DNA of 64,000 nucleotides from Bacteroidota bacterium (GCA_013289095.1 JABDAO010000001.1:31223-95222), one strand, 5' to 3'. Positions 41,050 to 51,614 are shown, counted from the first letter of the stretch. Made by a program: numbers and translations. The notes: generated by a model not told the origin, from the sequence alone.

Positions 41050-42471
41050 ATGGATAAACAACACACCCTTAAATCCCCGGTCACGATCTCCGGCGTTGGT
41101 CTTCATACCGGAAAATTTACCACCATCACCTTTAAACCGGCCCCTCCACATCATGGTTTTCAATTTCAGCGCATAGATATCGACGGGAAACCTATTATTC
41201 TGGCCGATGTCGACAATGTGGTTGACACCGCCCGCGGAACAAGTCTTGAACAAAACGGGGCCAGGGTAAGCACTACCGAACATGCATTGGGTGCGTTGGT
41301 AGGCCTGGAGCTTGACAACATACTTATTGAACTCGACGGGCCCGAAGTACCCATCATGGATGGAAGCTCCTGGCCATTCATTCAAGCACTCGAAAAGGCA
41401 GGCCGGGTAGAACAGGATGCCGAACGCGAATATTACGTGCTGAAAGAAAATCTGACCTACGAAGACCCGGTCAAGAAAGTGGAGATGCTGGCCGTGCCCC
41501 AGGATGAATACCGCATCACCGTCATGGTAGATTATAACTCAGACCTGCTGGGCACCCAACACGCCAGCATGTACAACATCCGCGAATTTAAAGAACAGAT
41601 ATCGCCCTGCCGCACCTTCGTGTTTTTGCATGAACTCGAAGCCCTGCTCAAACACAATTTAATAAAGGGGGGTGACCTGAACAATGCCATCGTCATGGTA
41701 GACAAACCCATTTCGGATGAATCCATGCAACACCTCCGAAAGGTGTTCAACAACCAAAGCGTGGAAGTAAAAGGAAGAGGGGTGCTGAACAATACTCAAC
41801 TCCATTTTTACAATGAGCCGGCCCGGCATAAACTGCTTGATATTGTGGGTGATCTCGCCTTGATCGGTGTGCCGCTCAAAGCGCATATCCTTGCCGCAAG
41901 ACCCGGTCATGCCGGAAACGTGTCTTTTGCAAAAAAGATAAAAGAGCTGATCAAAAAGGAACGCTCCAGGAAACCCGCCTTTCATTACGATCTGAACAAG
42001 GAGCCCCTTTACAACATTCATGACATCATGGGCATGTTGCCCCACCGTCAGCCTTTTCTGCTCATCGATAAAATCATGGAGCTCACCTCCGACTCCGTTG
42101 TCGGGGTCAAGAATGTGACGATGAACGAGGATTTTTTCAAAGGCCATTTTCCGGGCAACCCGGTCATGCCCGGTGTGTTGCTTATTGAAGCCATGGCTCA
42201 GACCGGAGGCATATTAGTGCTCTCCACCGTTCCGGATCCTGAAAACTACATTACCCTGTTTATGAAAATAGACAATGTCAAATTCAAACAAAAAGTGATA
42301 CCAGGCGACACGGTAGTGTTTAACCTGAAGCTGCTAAGCCCTATCCGTCGCGGCATTTGCCACATGTCGGGCATTGCCTATGTAAAGGGCAAGGCTGTGA
42401 TGGAAGCCGAAATGATGGCTCAAATCGTGAAAGTTAAAAACATTTCCAAACCCATGGCCATTACAGCCTAA
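41050..42471 (+). CDS. lpxC/fabZ: Bifunctional UDP-3-O-acyl-GlcNAc deacetylase / 3-hydroxyacyl-ACP dehydratase
   Basis: GVGLHTG, TEH, RHKLLDIVGDL; LPHRQPFLLID, FFKGHFPGNPVMPGVLLIEAMAQ. Confidence 0.96.
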   Translation: MDKQHTLKSPVTISGVGLHTGKFTTITFKPAPPHHGFQFQRIDIDGKPIILADVDNVVDTARGTSLEQNGARVSTTEHALGALVGLELDNILIELDGPEVPIMDGSSWPFIQALEKAGRVEQDAEREYYVLKENLTYEDPVKKVEMLAVPQDEYRITVMVDYNSDLLGTQHASMYNIREFKEQISPCRTFVFLHELEALLKHNLIKGGDLNNAIVMVDKPISDESMQHLRKVFNNQSVEVKGRGVLNNTQLHFYNEPARHKLLDIVGDLALIGVPLKAHILAARPGHAGNVSFAKKIKELIKKERSRKPAFHYDLNKEPLYNIHDIMGMLPHRQPFLLIDKIMELTSDSVVGVKNVTMNEDFFKGHFPGNPVMPGVLLIEAMAQTGGILVLSTVPDPENYITLFMKIDNVKFKQKVIPGDTVVFNLKLLSPIRRGICHMSGIAYVKGKAVMEAEMMAQIVKVKNISKPMAITA

Positions 42472-42476
42472 AGCCT

Positions 42477-43253
42477 ATGCCCAACCCCGCCCCTTACATA
42501 CATCCTGAAGCCATCATCGGCCAGAACGTAACGATCGAACCATTCGCCTTTATCTCAAAAAATGTGGTCATCGGCGATGGTTGCTGGATCGGGCCACATA
42601 CCAGCATCATGGAAGGAGCACGCATCGGTAAAAATTGCAAAATTTTTCCGGGCGCCGTCATCTCCGGAATACCTCAGGATCTTAAATTTCACGGAGAAGA
42701 AACCACCACCGAAATTGGCGACAATACGGTGATCCGCGAATGTGTCACCGTAAACCGGGGAACGGAAGATAAACTCAAAACCGTTATCGGCAAGAATTGT
42801 CTCCTCATGGCCTACGTACACATTGCCCATGACTGTATCATCGGCGACAATGTGGTTCTGGCCAACAGCGTAAACCTGGCCGGTCATGTTTGCATCGAAG
42901 ATTTTGCGATTCTCGAGGGCTATGTCGGCGTTTCTCAGTTCGTATCCATCGGAGCTCATTCCTTTGTATCCGGACAGACAGGAGTGCGTAAAAATGTACC
43001 TCCGTTTACCAAAGCCGCCCGCGAACCGCTTCAGTATGTAGGCATCAATTCGGTTGGTTTGCGCCGCAGAGGGTTTACGAACGAAAGCATCATTCAGATA
43101 GAGGATATCTACCGCACACTCTATGTCAAGGGCCTGAATGTCACCAATGCCACAGCGGTCATTGAACAAGAAGCGCCTTCTTCCAAAGAAAAAGATCAGA
43201 TCCTGAAATTCATCCGCAATTCAACAAACGGGATTATGCGCGGGTTGTCTTAA
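42477..43253 (+). CDS. lpxA: Acyl-ACP--UDP-GlcNAc O-acyltransferase
   Basis: Hexapeptide repeats, PQDLKF, RECVTVNRGT, MAYVHIAHDC, GINSVGLRRRGF. Confidence 0.96.
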   Translation: MPNPAPYIHPEAIIGQNVTIEPFAFISKNVVIGDGCWIGPHTSIMEGARIGKNCKIFPGAVISGIPQDLKFHGEETTTEIGDNTVIRECVTVNRGTEDKLKTVIGKNCLLMAYVHIAHDCIIGDNVVLANSVNLAGHVCIEDFAILEGYVGVSQFVSIGAHSFVSGQTGVRKNVPPFTKAAREPLQYVGINSVGLRRRGFTNESIIQIEDIYRTLYVKGLNVTNATAVIEQEAPSSKEKDQILKFIRNSTNGIMRGLS

Positions 43254-43293
43254 AGCCGGGAACTACAATCTACCATTTAATCCTTTCTCCTGC

Positions 43294-43914
43294 TTGAAAA
43301 TCACCCTGACAAATATTGGGAAGCGCTTTAACCGCGACCGGATCTTCGGTGGAATAAACCATCTGTTTACGCAGGGAGCACATACTGTAATCCAGGGGTC
43401 GAACGGTTCCGGAAAATCAACCTTACTTCAGATTATCGCAGGAAATACAGCGCCCAGCGAAGGCAGCCTAAGCTATGAGCTCCATGGAAAACCGCTGCCT
43501 CAGGAAGATCTCTTCCGTAACATAAGTTTTGCTTCCCCTTACATGGAGTTGCTCGAGGAACTCACCCTGAAAGAACATGTGGCCTTTCATGCCGGGCTGA
43601 AAGCCTTCAGGGATGGGGTTGAACCTGCAGCCGTTCCCGAACTGGCAGGGCTGAGCCGTTCGGCAGATAAACAGATCCGGCATTTTTCATCGGGCATGAA
43701 ACAACGCGTACGGCTCAGTCTTGCTATCCTGAGCAACACCCCCTTGCTCCTGCTGGATGAGCCTTGCAGCAACCTCGACCCACTGGCAATTACCTGGTAC
43801 CAGGAACTCATCGCCGCACATACTTCTGACCGCATTATCCTGGTTTGTTCAAACCAGCAGGAGTTTGAATATGGTTTTTGTAAGGAACGGTTGAGGATGG
43901 AAGACTTTAAATGA
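43294..43914 (+). CDS. ABC ATP-binding protein
   Basis: GSNGSGKST, FSSGMKQR, LLLDEP. Confidence 0.88.
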   Translation: MKITLTNIGKRFNRDRIFGGINHLFTQGAHTVIQGSNGSGKSTLLQIIAGNTAPSEGSLSYELHGKPLPQEDLFRNISFASPYMELLEELTLKEHVAFHAGLKAFRDGVEPAAVPELAGLSRSADKQIRHFSSGMKQRVRLSLAILSNTPLLLLDEPCSNLDPLAITWYQELIAAHTSDRIILVCSNQQEFEYGFCKERLRMEDFK

Positions 43915-44051
43915 GCCGGACACGTTGCAAGCCGAATCGGTAAAGAGCTCCGTTCATCCCTGCCACAGGCCGTAATCATTCAGATTGACTGCTTTCAACC
44001 CTTTTCCAAACAACTTTCTCGGTCAAAACAGGGTTAATTGAGTATTCCTCT

Positions 44052-44059
44052 TACCTTTG
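44052..44059 (+). promoter_or_regulatory. -7 promoter element (TACCTTTG) of efp
   Basis: TAnnTTTG(C) about 80 nt upstream of the ATG. Confidence 0.55.
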
Positions 44060-44138
44060 CAATCCTCCGGAAAGGGCCTTTCGGGAGATTATTGAGCTAC
44101 CTAATTAATATTCGAAACCCAAAAACTCACACATTCGC

Positions 44139-44699
44139 ATGGCAGATACAGGTGATATCAATATCGGCACCGTGATTCGTTTCAACGGTGAACTTTGTAA
44201 AATAGAAGAATACCAACACCGTACACCTGGAAATCTTCGCGCCTTTTACCAGGCCAAGATGCGTAACCTCAAATCGGGGAAACTGGTCGAAAACAGGTTC
44301 CGTTCGGGCGAGCTCGTTGAGATTGTAAGGGTTGATTACAAGGTGCTGCAATACATCTATCCCGAAGGCGAATTCATTGTATGTATGGACAATGAGAATT
44401 TCGAACAGATCTATCTTCCCGCAACCATGCTGGGCAGCGGAATGAGCTTTTTGAAAGAAGGCATGGAAGTCAAGATTTCGTTTGAAGGCGATAACCCGAT
44501 CCTGGCCGAAGCCCCGGTATTTGTTGAACTCGAAATAACCTACTGTGAGCCCGGCATGAAGGGCGACACAGCCACCAACACACTCAAACCGGCCACACTC
44601 GAAACAGGCGCGGTGATCAATGTACCCCTTTTTGTAAATCAGGGCGAACGGGTGAAGATTGATACCCGTACCAACTCCTATGTGGAGCGTGTGAAATAA
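44139..44699 (+). CDS. efp: Translation elongation factor P (PGNLR loop variant)
   Basis: QHRTPGNLRAF, EPGMKGDTA, KPATLETG, VPLFV..GE.VKIDTR..YVER. Confidence 0.96.
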   Translation: MADTGDINIGTVIRFNGELCKIEEYQHRTPGNLRAFYQAKMRNLKSGKLVENRFRSGELVEIVRVDYKVLQYIYPEGEFIVCMDNENFEQIYLPATMLGSGMSFLKEGMEVKISFEGDNPILAEAPVFVELEITYCEPGMKGDTATNTLKPATLETGAVINVPLFVNQGERVKIDTRTNSYVERVK

Positions 44700-44718
44700 T
44701 ATTTCCTGAAAGAATTCA

Positions 44719-44750
44719 AAAAAGCCGATTTAACAAGACCGGCTTTTTTT
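44719..44750 (+). terminator. Intrinsic terminator of efp
   Basis: AAAAAGCCG...CGGCTTTTTT. Confidence 0.65.
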
Positions 44751-44788
44751 GTTTGTTGCACGGATTCTGTCAATTCAAAAGAATGCCT

Positions 44789-45715
44789 ATGAAAATTCCC
44801 GCTCATACAGTTGAAGAGATTGCCCGTATGTTGAATGCGGAATTTATCGGGAATGCAGCACATCCGATTACCGGCGTCAATGAAATCCACATGGTGGAAG
44901 CAGGTGATCTGGTTTTTGTTGATCATCCCAAATATTACGACAAGGCGCTTCTTTCCAAAGCCACAACCATACTCATCAATAAGGTGGTGCCCTGCCCCCC
45001 AGACAAGGCGCTGATCATCAGCAGCGAACCTTTTCGTGATTACAACATCCTGGTCGGGCATTTTCATCCATTGGCATATAGCACATCCACACAAAAACCG
45101 GCACAGGTGGGAGCAGGCACCCAGATTATGCAGGGCGTATACCTGGGCTATAATGTGACCATCGGAAAAAACTGCACCTTGTTTCCAAATGTGGTGATCT
45201 ATGACAATTGCATTGTTGGCGACAACGTGATCATTCATGCAAATACCGTGATCGGTTCGGATGCCTTTTATTATAAAAAAAGCCCTGGACAACTCAATAA
45301 GCTCATTTCCTGCGGAAGGGTTGTGGTCAAAGACGAAGTAGAAATCGGGGCCGGATGTACCATCGACCGCGGCGTATCGGGCGATACGGTTATCGGAACA
45401 GGCACCAAGATCGACAACCAGGTACAAATCGGTCATGACACGGTCATTGGAGAGCGCTGCTTGTTTGCATCGGGTGTAGGCATAGCCGGTGTCTGCATCA
45501 TCGAAGACGACGTGACCCTCTGGGGCCAGGTAGGCGTGAAAAGCGATGTACGCCTTGGAAAAGGATGCACCGTGCTTGCCCAATCGGGTGTTGGCGATGA
45601 TATCCCTCCCGGCAAGACCTGGTTCGGAAGCCCGGCAGGCGAAGCATCCGAAAAAATGAAGGAACTATTCCTGGTTCGTCGCATTCCAGACATCCTCCAA
45701 AAACTCAATAAATAG
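44789..45715 (+). CDS. lpxD: LpxD-family hexapeptide N-acyltransferase
   Basis: FVDHPKYYDKAL, IGSDAFYY, EIGAGCTIDRG, GTKIDNQVQIGHD; may be the second LpxD paralog. Confidence 0.78.
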   Translation: MKIPAHTVEEIARMLNAEFIGNAAHPITGVNEIHMVEAGDLVFVDHPKYYDKALLSKATTILINKVVPCPPDKALIISSEPFRDYNILVGHFHPLAYSTSTQKPAQVGAGTQIMQGVYLGYNVTIGKNCTLFPNVVIYDNCIVGDNVIIHANTVIGSDAFYYKKSPGQLNKLISCGRVVVKDEVEIGAGCTIDRGVSGDTVIGTGTKIDNQVQIGHDTVIGERCLFASGVGIAGVCIIEDDVTLWGQVGVKSDVRLGKGCTVLAQSGVGDDIPPGKTWFGSPAGEASEKMKELFLVRRIPDILQKLNK

Positions 45716-45858
45716 CCCCCCCCGTTCTTTTCCAGAATAATACTTCTTTCTGCCCTATTGGCTGGGCAAAACCGGGGATTGGTCTAATTTAACATGGATT
45801 AAATATCAAAATCTGAAATTTAATTAACTTTGGTTATTACCTGTAATAAACAAATGCC

Positions 45859-45948
45859 GGGCATCTCTGCTAATCTCTTCCAAACATTCCCTCCGCCCCT
45901 TGGAGAGGGTTAGGTGAGGTCAATAAAATGGGGTTGTTAGAGATGCCC
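45859..45948. mobile_element. ~90-bp MITE, family D copy 2
   Basis: GGGCATCTCT...AGAGATGCCC, colinear with 34803-34891 (CTTCCAAACATTCCCTC, GGAGAGGGT.AGG.GAGGTCAA); flanks TGCC/TGGC. Confidence 0.75.
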
Positions 45949-46018
45949 TGGCGCTGCCACATTACCGCACACACGGTCTGGAGCCTTGCTCAGAATCCAA
46001 AAATAATAGTAGCCAGCT

Positions 46019-47251
46019 ATGTCAGAAGATACCCGGGGGAAAGAATCGGCTTCAAGACCGAAGATAAAAGACATCAAATTAAATTCTATCCTGGAGGTCA
46101 CCAAGGCCATCAACAATAATTTTTCGACCGAAAAACTGCTGGAGATCTTTGAAACCGTGTTAAAAGACCAGCTCAACATTGGCAAGCTCGTTCTTTTTAG
46201 TTACAACAGCGGTTGGAAATGCATCCTCAAATACGGCGTTGAAGACGAGATGGCCGCCATTGATGTGGCCAAAGAATTTGGCCAGATCAAAGAAATAAGC
46301 ACGATAGACTATACCTCGTCTGCAGCCCGTCATACCTTCGAAATTGTGGTGCCCGTATATCACAAATCAAGCCCTCTTGCCTATGTGCTCATCGGCGATT
46401 TGAACGAGGACAAGCTTGAGGTCAGCGCAGCCATCAAACACCTGCCCTTTGTGCAGACCCTGGCCAATATCATTGTAGTGGCCATCGAAAACAAAAAACT
46501 GGCAAAGGCAAACATACGCCAGGCCGCCATGAACAAAGAACTTGAGCTGGCTTCGGAAATGCAGAACATGCTTTTCCCCAGTACCCTGCCCAACAATGAA
46601 CGTTTGCAGATCAGCGCATTCTATCTGCCCCATCAGCAAGTTGGGGGCGATTATTATGATTTCATCCAGCTCGACGAAAACGAAGTGGCTTTTTGCATGG
46701 CCGATGTATCGGGCAAAGGAGTCCCGGCAGCGCTGCTCATGTCGAACTTCCAGGCCAATCTCCGCATCCTGTTGCATACCATGACCTCGCTCACCGATCT
46801 GGTCAAGGAACTTAACACCAAGGTGACACAAAATGCAAAGGGCGAAAAATTCATTACCCTCTTCATCGCCCGTTACAATATCCTGACACGGGTTCTGACC
46901 TATATCAATGCCGGGCATAACCCCCCGTTATTGGCTACAGAAAACAGCATTTCCCTGCTCCGCGTGGGGTGTACAGGCCTTGGAATGTTTGATGAACTGA
47001 GCAAAGTAAAAGAAGGCGTGGTAAGTGTTGACCCCGGTTCGGTTATCCTCTGTTATACCGATGGGGTGGTAGAGATAGAAAACGAAGCCGAAGAAGAGTT
47101 CGGAGTCAATTCTCTGCGTCAAACACTCCGTTCAAATTTCAAGCTGAATATGGAGACCCTCAACGACACTATTATTTCGGAAGTCATCAGGTACAAAGGC
47201 GATATGCCTTATATGGATGATATTGCACTGTTTAGTTGCAGGGTGTTTTAA
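46019..47251 (+). CDS. PP2C/SpoIIE (RsbU-like) phosphatase with N-terminal GAF-like domain
   Basis: VGGDYYDF, ADVSGKGVPAALLM, INAGHNPP, YTDGVVE, DDI. Confidence 0.92.
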   Translation: MSEDTRGKESASRPKIKDIKLNSILEVTKAINNNFSTEKLLEIFETVLKDQLNIGKLVLFSYNSGWKCILKYGVEDEMAAIDVAKEFGQIKEISTIDYTSSAARHTFEIVVPVYHKSSPLAYVLIGDLNEDKLEVSAAIKHLPFVQTLANIIVVAIENKKLAKANIRQAAMNKELELASEMQNMLFPSTLPNNERLQISAFYLPHQQVGGDYYDFIQLDENEVAFCMADVSGKGVPAALLMSNFQANLRILLHTMTSLTDLVKELNTKVTQNAKGEKFITLFIARYNILTRVLTYINAGHNPPLLATENSISLLRVGCTGLGMFDELSKVKEGVVSVDPGSVILCYTDGVVEIENEAEEEFGVNSLRQTLRSNFKLNMETLNDTIISEVIRYKGDMPYMDDIALFSCRVF

Positions 47252-47401
47252 GTATCCCATCCGATGATACCGATGTCTGCCATTCTATCCCGGCATACAG
47301 CACTCCGTTGCAATGGTTCGCCTTTGGCCAGGGCATCCGAAAAGACACCCTCCGTCTGGTTAAAGTTCGCAGATCTGTATCTGCATCCTTTACCCTATAT
47401 A

Positions 47402-47722
47402 GGGTTCACTCAAACACCTGCAACCATCACCCAATCAACACATCATGTCTCATTTTCATCATTGAGATGCAATACTAAATACCGTTTCCAATCAAAACCC
47501 TTGCACCAAGCAGTACGTGGACGAACGTTGTGTTCAAAGGAATTTTTGCTTTCACACATGCCCGCTCAAAGACCTGCCAGGTCTTTGCCGCTTTTTGCTT
47601 GCCCAACCCCGCCTGCCGACGCGCAGGAAGCTTGAGGGGCGGGGCAGGAAAGTAACGCAAAAAAGGCCTCACGCGGAGAGCGATTCGTCCTCCACTAGAT
47701 TGCCGACTTTTTGAGTGAACCC
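47402..47722. mobile_element. Non-autonomous element, family B copy 2 (opposite orientation to B1)
   Basis: TA-GGGTTCACTCAAA ... TTTGAGTGAACCC-TA; the 36-bp end is shared with 29103-29138. Confidence 0.78.
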
Positions 47723-47780
47723 TAATTAACTCATTATCATCAAATTACCGTTAAAAAAAATCAATTTGGAGCATTTCCAC

Positions 47781-48032
47781 CCATTATGCATGCAAAATGA
47801 CTTGAAATGCATGTATAATGATCCATTATTCTTGAATAATAGATTGAAATGCTTGCATACTGATTTAAAATGCATGCATAATGATCCTTTATTCTTGAAT
47901 AATGGATTGAAATGCATGCATAATGATCCTTTTTGCATGTATACTGGTTTGAAATGCATGCATAATGATCCTTTTTGCATGTATACTGGTTTGAAATGCA
48001 TGCATAATGATCCATTATGCTTCATTCGTAAA
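47781..48032. repeat. 21-nt-periodic tandem array
   Basis: 12 units, mostly TTGAAATGCATGCATAATGAT alternating with CCTTTTTGCATGTATACTGGT or CC(A/T)TTATTCTTGAATAAT(A/G)GA. Confidence 0.95.
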
Positions 48033-48179
48033 CGTAAATGAACTGATCGGGGTTCGGAAACAAGGAAGACACATGAAGCACTACTGAACATGATTTGTCA
48101 GTACCTGAACATTCATCAGGAGAAACAGACAATTGAAGTTCAGAGAGCGTATTCCCGAAGAATAACCGAAGTATGTTCT

Positions 48180-49631
48180 TTACCCGGCTATCAGCCCGGG
48201 TGTTTTTTCCTCTGCAGATGCACCCCGGTGATAAATATCGGCCGCTACGAGGATAGCGATAAACCCCCAGAAGGGAACCGAGGCCTTGTCGGTATCCAGG
48301 AAATTGTTCAACCCTCCATGCACCATATACGTTACAAGACCCAGCAGCACAGCCAGGGTGGTGCTTCGCAGATCGCCTTTGGGAAGGCGGTAAAACAGTC
48401 TTGAACCGGTCCAGATGACACAGATAAGGATAGCCACAAACGAACCGGCTCCGAGCATTCCCGATTCGCAAAGCGGGCCTATGTATTCGCTGTGCGCATT
48501 GCCCTTGTTGCCGGCGTTGGTACTGATGCTTGTTTTCTCGCTCGATAACTGGAACGGGGCATATTGAAAACTATAGGTTCCGGGCCCCCATCCTAAAATG
48601 GGGCGTTCGTGAAACATACGCATGGCCGAATTCCAGCGGTTGAGTCGCTCCAGGTTTGAGGCATCGGTCGAAATATTTGAGATCGACTGAACGTGTTCGG
48701 TGAGGTTGGTGGAAGAATCCTGGCGGTTTTTTTCGAGCTTGCGTACAAGATCACCCCAAACCATAGCCAGGATGATGGCAATAGCAGCAGCGCTGATCAG
48801 TAACGTGCGGATCCCTACACGGAACATATAAATGAGCCACAAGGCAAGGGCAATCAGTAGGCTTACCCAGGCAGCACGTGTATACGAAAAGATAAGGGCA
48901 ACGGTAAAAATGCAGAAGAGGATGAGCGAAAAGATCCGGCCGCTGGGTGAGAGAGAGCGATTAAAAATAAACGATACCACGAGCGGGAAAAACATAGCCA
49001 AAATGGCCCCATAGGCAGTGTGGTCGTTAAAAAACGGGGCCATGACCCAGTGGGCAGGGTCTTCGCGGAACCCAAACTGGCTGTGGTTATACAGGGTATA
49101 CCCAATGACAATAACCAAGGGGATGATATACAACCAGATGAATCTACGGATTTGGGCTTGTTTTTGAAAAACCTGGACGGCAAGGAAATAAAAACAGGTC
49201 ACGAACCACAAACGGGCCAGCAGGAATTTGAATGAAATGACCGGCATCTCGCTGGTGACAGCAGTCACAAAAATCCAGCCCAGGTTTATCAGCAAGGCGA
49301 TGGTTACCGGGTGACGGATGATCCGCATATCGTATTTGCCTTCGTACAACATCTTGAAAAAATACAGAAGCATCACCCCGATCATCAGGGGTTCGGTTGG
49401 CAGGCTTAGCCCCAGCCTGAACTCGGGATCGGTAATAGTGATCGAGAGCGGGGTAAAAAAGACAATGATGAGCAGTAAGGTATCGACCGAAACAAAAGCG
49501 AGGTAGATAATGATGCAGACTACCGGCAGGAGGTTGAGCCAGTAGAATTCAAAAAAACAACAGAGGGTGTTGAGCACCACAAAAGCAGCGCTTAAACTAA
49601 AAATCCAGCGAAGTTTTAGGGTCTGGTTCAA
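48180..49631 (-). CDS. O-antigen ligase/polymerase family membrane protein
   Basis: Multiple TM segments, SYTRAAW, ER..W..A..M..ERPILGWGPG, NAHSEY. Confidence 0.88.
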   Translation of the reverse strand: MNQTLKLRWIFSLSAAFVVLNTLCCFFEFYWLNLLPVVCIIIYLAFVSVDTLLLIIVFFTPLSITITDPEFRLGLSLPTEPLMIGVMLLYFFKMLYEGKYDMRIIRHPVTIALLINLGWIFVTAVTSEMPVISFKFLLARLWFVTCFYFLAVQVFQKQAQIRRFIWLYIIPLVIVIGYTLYNHSQFGFREDPAHWVMAPFFNDHTAYGAILAMFFPLVVSFIFNRSLSPSGRIFSLILFCIFTVALIFSYTRAAWVSLLIALALWLIYMFRVGIRTLLISAAAIAIILAMVWGDLVRKLEKNRQDSSTNLTEHVQSISNISTDASNLERLNRWNSAMRMFHERPILGWGPGTYSFQYAPFQLSSEKTSISTNAGNKGNAHSEYIGPLCESGMLGAGSFVAILICVIWTGSRLFYRLPKGDLRSTTLAVLLGLVTYMVHGGLNNFLDTDKASVPFWGFIAILVAADIYHRGASAEEKTPGLIAG

Positions 49632-49632
49632 C

Positions 49633-50592
49633 TTACTCTGGCTTGATGAAACGCTCTTTGTTTTCGAAAACGATGATCACCAGCAGCGCAAAGGCAAACG
49701 AAGAAAAAGCAGAAATACAAATGACAAACCAACGGATTGGCGACGATTTACGGTCGGCCGGTATCGGAGTCGTTACCACATTTGCATAGGTAAGCACCTT
49801 ACGGCTGTCGCTCAATGCCTTGTCGTACTGGGCGCGTATCTCCGAATAGGTCTCGAACGATTTCTGGTGGATCTGTTTGAGCGATACCGACTCCGCACCC
49901 TTATCTTCCAGGTTTTTCATGATGGTATCGAGTGTCCTGAGCTTATCTGCCGACACATTGCCGGAGGTGATGAGCTTATAATATCTTTTCAGGGCCTCCT
50001 TGCTCTGGATGTAATAATCGAGCAGTCCGTATTTTTCGCGAAGCACACGAAGCGCGGTTTCCAATGAATCGATCTGTGCATGTTTGAAATCAAGCTCGTC
50101 TTTCAGAAGTTTTACAACTTCGGTTGTTTTGGAACGTTGCAGGGCCCTGGCTTTGAGATTCATCAGTTCCATGATGGCATTGACGATCAGACAGGCCTGA
50201 TTGGGATCGGTATCATAGACATCTATCTTCACTGATTCGAATTCAGTCCTGCGGATATCCACATTTTCATTGTACTGATCAAATAAAACCGACTGGGCTC
50301 CTTTTTTGGCGAGGTTGATATTGTAATGATCAGCCAGGTTGAACCGTTCGCAAATGGCAGTACGGATATCGGCCGACTGCAGCAGCTGCAACATTTGTTC
50401 TGTAGCCGTTTCGTTTCCGTAGGGTGTCAGATTGGCCGGGTATAGCACAGCGCTCGACTTGTACTTGGGTTTCACAATCCACTCGGCCGAAAAGATTGTG
50501 CCAAGCAAGATGGCTGCGCCAACCACGACTGTCAGATGCCACTTCCATCTGAACAGTACCTTTAGGAATGAGATATTGTTAAATGCGTTCAC
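49633..50592 (-). CDS. Wzz-type polysaccharide co-polymerase
   Basis: N-terminal TM + PKYKS, coiled coil, P.PADRKSSP.R + C-terminal TM. Confidence 0.83.
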   Translation of the reverse strand: MNAFNNISFLKVLFRWKWHLTVVVGAAILLGTIFSAEWIVKPKYKSSAVLYPANLTPYGNETATEQMLQLLQSADIRTAICERFNLADHYNINLAKKGAQSVLFDQYNENVDIRRTEFESVKIDVYDTDPNQACLIVNAIMELMNLKARALQRSKTTEVVKLLKDELDFKHAQIDSLETALRVLREKYGLLDYYIQSKEALKRYYKLITSGNVSADKLRTLDTIMKNLEDKGAESVSLKQIHQKSFETYSEIRAQYDKALSDSRKVLTYANVVTTPIPADRKSSPIRWFVICISAFSSFAFALLVIIVFENKERFIKPE

Positions 50593-51614
50593 TTTTTTTC
50601 TGATTTACGGAACCGGTTTAAACTATCCAGGATAATTATGCAAATAATTGCAATCAGGATGGCAGAAGAGGTTGAACCTGCCACGATAACCCACCGCACA
50701 GGATAGGATTTTCGTTCGGCCGGAAAGGCATTGTTTACGATAAATTTATGGGGGATTTCTTCTTCGGCATCGACCTTGGCTTCTTCGAATTTGATCTTGA
50801 GCATGTTCAACTGCTTGGTCTGCAGGGTGAGGTTATCGCGTACCGATAAATAGGCGCTTCCGTACCGGGAGATGATCTTGAGTTTTTCTTCCAGGCTCTT
50901 GATGGCGCGTTCATCACCCTTGGAGATGGCAATGACATATTGCTGGCTGGTAACCTCCGACTGCGATTCGTAGTCATACATCCCCTTTTCGTTCAGTTTG
51001 TTCATCGAATCGGCAATCACCTTTACGTCGCGCACCTTTTTCTCATACTCATTTCCAACAATGTGAAAAGCCTTGATCGCCCGTTCACGCTGCATATGTG
51101 TTACGGCAGTATCGAGCAGACCGGCAATACAATTGGCAATATGTGCAGCAGTGTCGGGGTTGATATCAAGCACCTCTATCTTGACCGACATAAATTCGGT
51201 ACGCTTAAAGGTGATGTTGTTTTCAAAGTCGTCGTATAAACGCGTGCGTTTGAATTGATCGGTGGTGTCTATTTTGTAATGTTTCAGGAGATTGAATTTG
51301 TGACAGATCTTGTCGCGTATCTCATCCGAGTTTAGGATCTGGAGCATCTGCTCGGCCTCTTCTTCCTGTCCAAACTGAAGTACATCGGCCTTGGCGCTGG
51401 GGTTTTCGGTCAGCAGGGCTTTAGAAAGCGAACTGGTTGTTGCCGGGAACATCACCACGGTTGATTTGTACCGGGAGGGTATCATGATCGAAACCAGGGA
51501 AGACACCACCAGCGCAATGAGGCCAATAGTCAACAGCGGTTTACGCCATCTGTAAAAGAAAAAAATAAGGTTCGTTGAATCGAAATCCGTCAACTTACCG
51601 GCATCATTCATCAT
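50589..51614 (-). CDS. Wzz-type polysaccharide co-polymerase (paralog)
   Basis: TM + PSRYKS, EQMLQILNSD, AFPAERKSYP.R + TM. Confidence 0.83.
   Translation of the reverse strand: MMNDAGKLTDFDSTNLIFFFYRWRKPLLTIGLIALVVSSLVSIMIPSRYKSTVVMFPATTSSLSKALLTENPSAKADVLQFGQEEEAEQMLQILNSDEIRDKICHKFNLLKHYKIDTTDQFKRTRLYDDFENNITFKRTEFMSVKIEVLDINPDTAAHIANCIAGLLDTAVTHMQRERAIKAFHIVGNEYEKKVRDVKVIADSMNKLNEKGMYDYESQSEVTSQQYVIAISKGDERAIKSLEEKLKIISRYGSAYLSVRDNLTLQTKQLNMLKIKFEEAKVDAEEEIPHKFIVNNAFPAERKSYPVRWVIVAGSTSSAILIAIICIIILDSLNRFRKSEKK

Noticed and set aside
47726..48091. Cys/His/Met-rich repeat ORFs (MHNDPFCMYTGLKC) as metal-binding proteins
   Set aside because: Several frames on both strands are open simply because of the 21-nt repeat; there is no independent coding evidence.
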